Shown here one piece after another: positions 16,001-22,443 of a stretch of 32,000 nt of DNA (position 1 is its first letter; each line of letters starts with the position of its first letter). Source of the DNA: Candidatus Saccharimonadota bacterium (lineage in GTDB: Archaea; Nanohalarchaeota; Nanosalinia; Nanosalinales; Nanosalinaceae); assembly GCF_029232205.1 (NCBI RefSeq), contig NZ_CP107255.1:270001-302000 (forward strand), in the 5' to 3' direction. The position numbers and the translations under genes were made by a program. The notes under the pieces were generated by a model. It did no database searches. It was given only the letters and a program-made list of their open reading frames with translations, and had not been told where the DNA came from.

Positions 16001-16813
16001 TGTGGGGATCTTACTCCGGTAGTCATAGATGAACAGAACAGTACTCTGGTAGAATTATTTAATCAGAGTGTTTCTTTACAGTCTAATTACAGTCTTAACC
16101 TAAGTAATTATTCTGCGCCGGCCTTGCTTGAAAGAGAGTTGAAGGTTCTGGATGTAAACAGTACTGTTGATTCCATTGATCTTTCAGGTAATGGAAGTGC
16201 TCTTGTATCCTCAAAGCTAAACAGGCCTGTTATGTGTACGGTTTCCAGAAATGGCCGTGAGGTTTACTCGGAATTTACATCTGATTTAAGCTATGAGGTA
16301 GAATTGGAGGATGGCCTGAACAGTATTTCTGTTGATTGTGGTGGGGAGGTTGAGAACTTTAATGTCGAGTATGACTCAGAGGTTCCACGTGAGGATGAAG
16401 GTTCCAGCAGGTTTATTGTTGCGGCATTGCTGAGCCTGGTTGTAGCAACCCTGTTTTTCAGAAGCCCTATCTTATTTGTCAAGAACTCTCTGTTGTTCAG
16501 ATTTTATTCAAGAAGATTCAGACAGTCTATTTACCATGAGAGTCCGGCAAAGGCCCTAGAGTACTATAATGAGATGAAGAACTACTCTAATCATGTGTCT
16601 GAGGATCTTTTCTATTCTGAGATCAGTTTGATGAGAGGCGTCCAGTTGTATCTTGCTATGGACTTGATTAAGGAAGGTATTGAGGATGATATTGTCAATG
16701 CGTTCGGTGAGGATATTGAGGGTATTGTCAACAGGTTTATGGAGAGGTCTGATAATGATCATTTGCAGAAGATGTTGAATAGTAAGCTTGAGGAGATCAA
16801 GGGCAGTGCATAG
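13064..16813 (+). CDS. Sequon-rich type I membrane surface protein (1249 aa) with an internally duplicated ectodomain
   Basis: Track ORF. Signal-like N-terminus: KTALWTKACILVLLVCFTGLGAASG. The ectodomain has two homologous halves (about aa 35-400 and 405-790), then an Ig-like region, a PEPEPE/GGGGSGG linker (15755-15850), more beta-rich sequence, and one TM helix RFIVAALLSLVVATLFF (16409-16459). A helical cytoplasmic tail of about 115 aa follows. Confidence 0.85.
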   Translation: MIFSRSLPTKTALWTKACILVLLVCFTGLGAASGFQNPQVFYNTTTGQATFTVENDTGLVDPEIRISSPYTDWSSQNLTYSSNSTYSVNVSFDRPNGIYYYRYVSQNHGFPDNHFTFVAGTRNDSVLAKGLKFQNQNSSSSLCSPYGDFTCEYENYQSERMISAVQYYKATANQTYLDRALNFSSKPYGETFAYRCQTFNCGTKISDSGVPSSVRQGALIEGLWQVYSVSDNSSVRDLALGYSQGSPQESCNVWNSSYNCTTGWGQGRMAQGYLTAYRVTGNSTYLNKAEKLLELDYNHSLFGKALTEAYKITGEDSYRERARELAREVSCENCSDNFMKKEFYWSGFLSTEEYGYYRNGYQDMNSSCLQDVNSTCSNPLNQSRASKYLLKKYLAFQNNTKDVSNGGVLEKDRIGDPVAVTADFEGMVQNTSVQFRQVGGNWTNCDIGWFGDCFLTENNSLEQGVYEYRFKTQNLSFPQNGSLRFALNSRNDDLLEETEAFASSGMETLPEGEYCDLSDDPLACDNEGYQAKMLSGYTQIYSSSDSYQSRIYELFYGPYVDFIGASANCDPVDGDYDCGTGGYREEASEEAGSYKQGNLIESMWDLYSETGNGTVYVRAENYTRGSAEDCDVWAGDFSCDSSKGQAAMIGGYSEAYRITGNQTYRDIAVNLSEAGVQGSQNKVLAGALWEASVLYNNTNYSDQALNWTESLINSCTSGECTADEYTSSVAFAHDTFVYGNNDSYSDYYQGLVDNTTGSGQCGPWKEDYACSAPDTQGMFMETLQTAAYSVPMKLKTVDSFNVSSTSLQPQSSTDLVCSTRNVLQNTTLRNTTFSLDYPGSAFALSGNQTQDVGNIPYQNSSEASWSLTAEQSGTFTVSCVISSVNGLDQVEEVEIAVSEPEPEGGGGSGGQEEDSGGAIILPEPEPEPEYLNYSLEDFRNISDVSDYGLDAENYTYERASCGSATRTVWPSNSTLDVNYCGDLTPVVIDEQNSTLVELFNQSVSLQSNYSLNLSNYSAPALLERELKVLDVNSTVDSIDLSGNGSALVSSKLNRPVMCTVSRNGREVYSEFTSDLSYEVELEDGLNSISVDCGGEVENFNVEYDSEVPREDEGSSRFIVAALLSLVVATLFFRSPILFVKNSLLFRFYSRRFRQSIYHESPAKALEYYNEMKNYSNHVSEDLFYSEISLMRGVQLYLAMDLIKEGIEDDIVNAFGEDIEGIVNRFMERSDNDHLQKMLNSKLEEIKGSA

Positions 16814-16852
16814 GCCGAAACATGTTTAACAATCGTGGCCCGTTGACTTTCT

Positions 16853-17833
16853 ATGGGATGGTATGCGCTAGAGGAAGTTGAGGAAGCAGCTAAACGAACT
16901 CGTGAACTACTGTTGCCTTTTGATTGGAGGCTATGGGCCAGAATTGCAATTATGGCTTTCTTTGTAGGAGGTTTTACTTTCCCAGGATTTGGAGGCAACT
17001 ATGCTGGCTCTCCGGATTCTGGTATGCATGACCAGGATATGGCTGCTAACACAGACTTTGGCCTAGCGAATATAGATGGTCCAGGGCTGCCTGATATGAG
17101 GGTTGAACTGGCAAATGTAGACGGTCTAGGTCTAACCAATATTGTTTTGCTTGGTATAATTTTCGGAGTACTAGGAATAGGCCTTCTGTTTGGAGTTCTG
17201 AGATCTGTATTCGGTTTTGTATACTATCAATCATTGCTGGATGACGATGTGAGGATTAGGAGCAATTTCGTCAAACACTTTTTCAAAGGCCTCAAGCTTT
17301 TCGTGTTTGAGGTATCGGCCGTATTTGCATTCCTAGCTATTGGAGGTCTTCTCGTTCTTCCCGTATTTGTTAATCCATTTTTCGCTATCTTCACTATCTT
17401 ATTTGCCATTCCATTGATAATGGCAGCGGCTGTATTCTTCCAGCTCACTACCGACTTTATTCCTCTGCTAATGATAGATTCTGACAGAGGAGTGATGGCC
17501 TCGTGGGCAAAGCTTTACGATATGATTGTTGATGAGTGGAGGCAAGTAGGCCTTTACGTTATTGCAAAAGTGGTTCTTGGAGTACTATTCCAGATAGCTG
17601 TGGCATCTGCAGGACTGCTTCTAGGTCTTCTATTGATACTGCCTATAGGTCTGGTTGCGCTGGTCTTTTACTGGATTGCTCAGCCACTGGCAATTGTGGC
17701 AGCGGTAGCTGGAATTATCCTGTGGTTGGCTTCAGTTATTTACTTCCTGAATGGGCCTGCTACAACATTTTTCAGATATTATTCTATCCTGGTCTACGAT
17801 GATTTGACTCAGGAAGAGGCCGTTGAGGGTTAG
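16853..17833 (+). CDS. Polytopic membrane protein (326 aa), function unknown; probably co-transcribed with the 1249-aa gene
   Basis: Track ORF, 39 nt after the upstream stop. There are several long hydrophobic segments (IAIMAFFVGGFTF, IVLLGIIFGVLGIGLLFGVL, VFAFLAIGGLLVLPVFV, FAIFTILFAIPLIMAAAVFF, VLGVLFQIAVASAGLLLGLLLILPIGLVALVFYWI, AIVAAVAGIILWLASVIYF). The soluble N-terminus is MGWYALEEVEEAAKRTRELLLPFDWRLW. Confidence 0.7.
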   Translation: MGWYALEEVEEAAKRTRELLLPFDWRLWARIAIMAFFVGGFTFPGFGGNYAGSPDSGMHDQDMAANTDFGLANIDGPGLPDMRVELANVDGLGLTNIVLLGIIFGVLGIGLLFGVLRSVFGFVYYQSLLDDDVRIRSNFVKHFFKGLKLFVFEVSAVFAFLAIGGLLVLPVFVNPFFAIFTILFAIPLIMAAAVFFQLTTDFIPLLMIDSDRGVMASWAKLYDMIVDEWRQVGLYVIAKVVLGVLFQIAVASAGLLLGLLLILPIGLVALVFYWIAQPLAIVAAVAGIILWLASVIYFLNGPATTFFRYYSILVYDDLTQEEAVEG

Positions 17834-19008
17834 AAGTTGCTGAGGGATGTTTGACGGCTTTCCAGCATCTTACTTTCTTTTTTCAGTCTTCGGTACAGGA
17901 ATTTGAATTCGTGGCCTATCATTTTCTTTACTTGCTGGAAGCTGTCGATTTCTCTGTATTCGTCGAATCCGTTTCTTACTGTTTCTCGAATTACCCATAC
18001 TCCTAGTGGTGCCCAGTATTCTGGTTTTACTTCTCTGATTATGAGTACTTTGGCCTGTCTGTTGATGCTGTTGAGGTATTCGAGTGCTCCGAGTCTTGCT
18101 GCGTAGAATGCACCTGCTGTTTGTTCTGCGTAGCTTGTCCGGCCCTGGTATGGTTCGTAGTTCTGTGCTATGTATGTGTTTTTGGCTGCGTTCCATACGG
18201 ATCCGGGCCTTTTGAGTTCTATTAGTTCGTACTCCCATTTTCCAGGGATGAGGAAGATGTGGAAGTCGTTTCCTACGTATTCGTTGTTAAAGTATCTGAT
18301 TTCTCCCAGTTCCTGATTGTTTTTGATCTGTGCTCTGATTTTCTTTGATACCATGTCGTCTGAGGCTGTGATTCCCCATCTTGTTGGCACCAGTTTTCTG
18401 TTATCTTCCTGGCCCAGCATTCCGGTTGATAGGGTTTGCTGTATTTTGTATACGTCGACGTCTTTGTCAGTCAGTTCTTTTACGGCGGTTTCGGCCTTTA
18501 CGTCCGTGTCGTAGAATTTTTTCTCTACCTGTTTTTCGACTGAAGGGTTTTCTCCCAGCAGGAATTCTTTGATGTCTCCGCTGGCGGATACTGGTTTGAC
18601 GCGGCCTCCGCTGATGCTTGCTCCTGGTCTTTTGTCAAGTTCTACTTCAATGTCTACTGGTTTGCGGGCCATTGCTATTTCTCTGGTGTTGTCGACGAAG
18701 TTGTCTGTTTGCTGTACTTTAAGTTTCTTTTTTGAGTTGACTAGTGATGTTCTGAGTGATGCTATTTTTTCGATTGAGTAGTTTTCCTTATACCATCCGT
18801 CGGGAGAGTCCATCATTTCGGAGCTTCCGAGGTGTTGTGGTGATAGAATTCCTGTGTTGACTTTGGGATAGTTGTGGCTGCCTATGAATACGCTTGGTGG
18901 TGAGGCTCCGTGGAATTTCTTCTTTCTTTCCTGGCTGGGCATTACTTTTTCCAGCTTTCTCCGGGCTTCGTCTTCTGTTATTCCTTTTGCGAGTTTGCCG
19001 TATCCCAT
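17830..19008 (-). CDS. nreA: NreA-family archaeal DNA repair protein (COG1602) with a C-terminal PIP-like motif
   Basis: Family hallmarks: ASPPSVFIGSHNYPKVNTGILSP, RKLVPTRWGITASDD, FHIFLIPGKWEYELIELKRPGSVWN, GRTSYAEQTAGAFYAARLGALEYL, RQAKVLIIREV..YWAPLGVWVIRETVR. The extreme C-terminus QTSLSNF fits Q-x-x-L-x-x-F. Confidence 0.8.
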   Translation of the reverse strand: MGYGKLAKGITEDEARRKLEKVMPSQERKKKFHGASPPSVFIGSHNYPKVNTGILSPQHLGSSEMMDSPDGWYKENYSIEKIASLRTSLVNSKKKLKVQQTDNFVDNTREIAMARKPVDIEVELDKRPGASISGGRVKPVSASGDIKEFLLGENPSVEKQVEKKFYDTDVKAETAVKELTDKDVDVYKIQQTLSTGMLGQEDNRKLVPTRWGITASDDMVSKKIRAQIKNNQELGEIRYFNNEYVGNDFHIFLIPGKWEYELIELKRPGSVWNAAKNTYIAQNYEPYQGRTSYAEQTAGAFYAARLGALEYLNSINRQAKVLIIREVKPEYWAPLGVWVIRETVRNGFDEYREIDSFQQVKKMIGHEFKFLYRRLKKESKMLESRQTSLSNF

Positions 19009-19039
19009 GGTGAGAATTTGGGCCTCAAGAAATATGTAG

Positions 19040-20797
19040 CTAGCCCAGTTTCCAGTGTGGATCTTTTCTGTCTTTGAGTTCGACTATTTCTTCCAGGACC
19101 TTTTTTTCGCCGGCTGTTGTGAGGTCTTCGAGTTCCTGGAGTTTCCTGTAGTCTTCTCCAGTGATATCTGATAGGAGGATGTCGCCTTCTTCTATGTTTC
19201 TGCCGACTGTTGCGTTGGTTATTGATACTGCGACTTCGTCTCCTTTGTTTGCTTCGTCGATGGATTCCTGTTGTTCCTGGATGCTTTTTACTCGGCCGAT
19301 TCTGTCTCCTTCTTCGTCCATCAGGCTGCTGCCGGTAGAGAGTACTCCTTCGACTATTTCTACTCCTACTACTGCTGGATTACTGCTTCTGAATACGTGG
19401 TCTGGCATAAGCCTGATTTTTGCAGGCCTTGATGTGTTGGAAAGTGCTTCTTCCCTTCTCTTTCTTTCAAGTTCTTCTTTCCATTCTGTGTAGTTATCGA
19501 TTATTTCGTAGATTACATCGCTCTGGAATACGTTAATGTCTTTGTCTTTGACTGCGAGTTCTCCTTGGTCGGTCATTCCTGTGTTGAATGCGAATATGGC
19601 CTGGTTTTCGGCTTCCTCGTTCTGTACGTCTACGACGTCGCCTTTGTTGATTGGGCCTACTTCTGCTTTCTGTACCATGATGTCGCTTTCCTCTACTACT
19701 CGCATTAGTGCTTCCAGTGATCCGAGTGAGTCTGCTTTTACGACTACTCCGTGTGTTTTGGTTTCGAATTCTACTGCTTCCAGTTCGTCTTCTACTTCCT
19801 GTTTAGCTTCTTCGAGTTCTTCTTCGCTGCATGTCCTGATTGGAGCGCCGGCTATTACTCCTTCAAGATCTTTTCCTGATATTTTGACTCCTGATGCTGG
19901 CGTTACAGTATCTACTTCGTTGTAGTGTTTGTCTTCTCTGATTTCCTGTAGAGGCCTTGGCTCCAGTAGGGCTCTGATGTCCGTTACTTTTACTCCTGAT
20001 GCTGTTCCGTAGACTAGTTTGTCTGTTTTGTTGATTGTTCCGTCGTAGTGGATTACGTTGATTGTTGTGCCGAGGCCTTTTTCCTGTGATACTTCTAGTA
20101 CTGTTCCTCGGCCCATTCCTTCGTTTATTTCTAGTTCGTCGGCCAGGTAGTTTTGGCTGAGGCCTGCTATTACCATTAGTAGTTCGGGGATTCCTTCTCC
20201 TGTTTTTGCGGAGATTGGTACCATGGCTGCTTTTTGCTGGAAGTTGTCTACTCGGTCGAATCGGTCGGCTACTACGTTGTATTCGTTGAGTTCGCCCATT
20301 AGTTCGTAGATTTTTTCGTCTAACTGTTGTTTAACGTGGTCCTGCTGTAGCTGGATGTTTTGTGTGAAGAGTTCTTTTTCTGTTCTCCAGCCGTTGAGTT
20401 TGTCTATTTTGTTGAGTGCTACCACGAATGGTGTGTTTGTTTCCTGGAGGATCTGCAGGGCTTCTTCTGTTTGTGGTTGTACTCCGTCCTCTATGTCGAT
20501 TACTACTACGGCGATGTCGGAGATGCTGCCGCCTCTTTTTCGTAGTGATGAGAATGCTGCGTGGCCTGGTGTGTCGATGAACATTAGGCCTGGAATGGTG
20601 ATGTCTGCTTCAAGCTGGTCCAGTAGGCCTCCGCAGACGTCTTCAAGTGTTTCGATTGGTACTTCTGTGGCACCGATCATCTGTGTGATGCCGCCGGCCT
20701 CGCCTTCGGTTATTTTGGATTCTCTTATGTCGTCTAGTAGTGTTGTTTTACCTGAGTCTACGTGACCCAGTACTGATAGAATTGGCTGGCGAGGCAT
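19040..20797 (-). CDS. infB: Translation initiation factor aIF5B (IF-2 family GTPase)
   Basis: G1 motif ILSVLGHVDSGKTTLLD, G3 motif FIDTPGH and G4 motif ALNKID, with full-length domain order. Length is 585 aa. Confidence 0.92.
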   Translation of the reverse strand: MPRQPILSVLGHVDSGKTTLLDDIRESKITEGEAGGITQMIGATEVPIETLEDVCGGLLDQLEADITIPGLMFIDTPGHAAFSSLRKRGGSISDIAVVVIDIEDGVQPQTEEALQILQETNTPFVVALNKIDKLNGWRTEKELFTQNIQLQQDHVKQQLDEKIYELMGELNEYNVVADRFDRVDNFQQKAAMVPISAKTGEGIPELLMVIAGLSQNYLADELEINEGMGRGTVLEVSQEKGLGTTINVIHYDGTINKTDKLVYGTASGVKVTDIRALLEPRPLQEIREDKHYNEVDTVTPASGVKISGKDLEGVIAGAPIRTCSEEELEEAKQEVEDELEAVEFETKTHGVVVKADSLGSLEALMRVVEESDIMVQKAEVGPINKGDVVDVQNEEAENQAIFAFNTGMTDQGELAVKDKDINVFQSDVIYEIIDNYTEWKEELERKRREEALSNTSRPAKIRLMPDHVFRSSNPAVVGVEIVEGVLSTGSSLMDEEGDRIGRVKSIQEQQESIDEANKGDEVAVSITNATVGRNIEEGDILLSDITGEDYRKLQELEDLTTAGEKKVLEEIVELKDRKDPHWKLG

Positions 20798-20855
20798 CTT
20801 TTTACACCTGAAATAGGTTTTCTGGTGAAATTTTAAGAAGGATATAGTTGGGGTT

Positions 20856-21242
20856 TTATTCTTCTAGAATTTTTACTGGTTCTCCGTTCCGGGTGATGTC
20901 CTGGCTGATCGTGTTTAGGTAGCTTTGCTGTACGTTATCGATCATTTCTCTGTCTGATTCATCTAGGTTGCCGTATGCTGTCTCTATGGCGCTCTTGAAT
21001 TTTTCTCGTCTCTCTTGCAGAATGTTTCTCACTTCGGAGATCTCTATTTTTTCTCCGGTACTGGAAAAGCCTTTCAGTTCGTCTTCAGTATCTTCAAGGT
21101 ATTGCTGAACCTCGTATTCTATTATATCGTATAGTTCATGATCTTCTTCTATTTCTGTACCGATTTGGGTCAGTGAAACTGCTTTTTGAGGAGTCATCTC
21201 GTCCTCTAAAAGGTGATAAGCAGCTTTCTCGAAATTATCCAT
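20856..21242 (-). CDS. Acidic hypothetical protein (128 aa)
   Basis: Track ORF, co-oriented between L24e and aIF5B. I recognise no motif. Confidence 0.5.
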   Translation of the reverse strand: MDNFEKAAYHLLEDEMTPQKAVSLTQIGTEIEEDHELYDIIEYEVQQYLEDTEDELKGFSSTGEKIEISEVRNILQERREKFKSAIETAYGNLDESDREMIDNVQQSYLNTISQDITRNGEPVKILEE

Positions 21243-21365
21243 AATATGTCTCTATTCCTAAGTGATAAAAATTTACACTGGGGGAAAAATGAGGGGTCAT
21301 GAAGAAATAGGTTTTGTAAGGATGAAGAATAGGAGAAAATGAAGAATAAGGGTTGAGAACTGGTT

Positions 21366-21521
21366 TTAGTTCTCTTTTTCAGGGTACTTGTGGCTCCGGT
21401 TGTTTCTGTGATTCTTCTCACATTTTCCGGAGCAGAAATGTAGTCTTTCTCCTGAGTTAAGGATGAGCATCTTGCCCTGTCCTTTTGGTACTTCTTCGCC
21501 GCAGTAGTCACAGTCTGCCAT
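21366..21521 (-). CDS. rpl24e: 50S ribosomal protein L24e (51 aa; below the track cutoff)
   Basis: Hand translation MADCDYCGEEVPKGQGKMLILNSGERLHFCSGKCEKNHRNNRSHKYPEKEN matches the eL24 zinc-ribbon pattern C-x-x-C ... G-x-G ... F-C-S-x-K-C. It sits in the conserved position after S28e. Confidence 0.85.
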   Translation of the reverse strand: MADCDYCGEEVPKGQGKMLILNSGERLHFCSGKCEKNHRNNRSHKYPEKEN

Positions 21522-21525
21522 TGTT

Positions 21526-21696
21526 CTATCCCTCCATCTCCGTTTCTTTGATGTGTACTACATCGTCTTCTCGGATTGGGCCTCTTACGTTTCTTACCAG
21601 GATTTTTCCTTCTTCGTTTCCTTCTATTACTCGGCATCGTACTTTTCGTACGCTTCTGTGGCCCTGGTCTCCGATTACTTCGATGATTTTAGCCAT
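21526..21696 (-). CDS. rps28e: 30S ribosomal protein S28e (56 aa; below the track cutoff)
   Basis: Base-by-base hand translation: MAKIIEVIGDQGHRSVRKVRCRVIEGNEEGKILVRNVRGPIREDDVVHIKETEMEG. The eS28 core R-N-V-x-G-P-(V/I)-R-x-x-D ... E-T-E is present. The gene lies between L7Ae and L24e. Confidence 0.88.
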   Translation of the reverse strand: MAKIIEVIGDQGHRSVRKVRCRVIEGNEEGKILVRNVRGPIREDDVVHIKETEMEG

Positions 21697-21722
21697 TACC
21701 ATTTTTGATCACTGATGGGGGT

Positions 21723-22100
21723 TTATTCTTCCTCTTCTGCTTCGAGGAGTTCTGCTGCTTTGTTTGCGATGTCTTGTACATCGTCGTCTGCGCTGCCGGT
21801 GTTTACTACTGCTGCGGCTGCGGTCTGTACTTCTAGGCCTGCTGCTAGTCCGAGTTCTTCTTTGTCTGGGACGAATGTGTATGAGATGTCTCTTTCTTCG
21901 GATAGTGCAGGTAGGTGCATTACGATTTCTTCTGGAGAAACGTTTCCAGCGATTACAACTAGGTCTGCGTTATTTCTTTCGATTGCTTTTGTAACTTCGT
22001 TTGTTCCTTTAACGACTTTTCCTGTGTCTGCAGCTTTTTCGACTGCGTCGTAGGTTTGTTCTGCTAAAGTTTCTTCCGGCTCGAATTTTTGGTATGTCAT
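21723..22100 (-). CDS. rpl7ae: 50S ribosomal protein L7Ae (K-turn binding protein)
   Basis: KVVKGTNEVTKAIERNNADLVVIAGNVSPEEIVMHLPALSEERDISYTFV, with a halophile-style acidic tail. Confidence 0.92.
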   Translation of the reverse strand: MTYQKFEPEETLAEQTYDAVEKAADTGKVVKGTNEVTKAIERNNADLVVIAGNVSPEEIVMHLPALSEERDISYTFVPDKEELGLAAGLEVQTAAAAVVNTGSADDDVQDIANKAAELLEAEEEE

Positions 22101-22187
22101 TTTTGGATTACCTCTCTATGAATAGATTTCATCAAGGTTGTAAAACACAAAGAGAAGAGAACTTTTTTATACCCGGTCCTTTCGTAA

Positions 22188-22418
22188 TTATTGCTGTTCT
22201 GGGTCGAATTCGGCTAGTTTCTCGTTCTCTGTCCAGTTGAGTTCTTCTTCCAGTTCGCGGATTAGAAGGTTGAGGTTGTGTTTCTGGGCCTCGGTTCTTG
22301 CAGGTACTTCTTCTAGTGCTTCTACAAGTTTGTCTTTGAGAAATTGTGCTTCTTCGAGTACGGAGTTGGCGTCTCGGTATTCGCTTAGTAAGGCCTCTAT
22401 CTGTTTTCTGTCTTCCAT
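22188..22418 (-). CDS. Small acidic coiled-coil protein (76 aa), hypothetical
   Basis: Track ORF with heptad-like E/L/K composition, co-oriented in the gene string. Confidence 0.45.
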   Translation of the reverse strand: MEDRKQIEALLSEYRDANSVLEEAQFLKDKLVEALEEVPARTEAQKHNLNLLIRELEEELNWTENEKLAEFDPEQQ

Positions 22419-22443
22419 ATGGTTATCTCCTGGCCTAGTGTTT

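Noticed and set aside
21206-21637. 143-aa minus-strand ORF overlapping the L24e and S28e region
   Set aside because: It is an R/K/P-rich out-of-frame reading. The same DNA encodes clean L24e and S28e homologs in the other frames, in conserved gene order.
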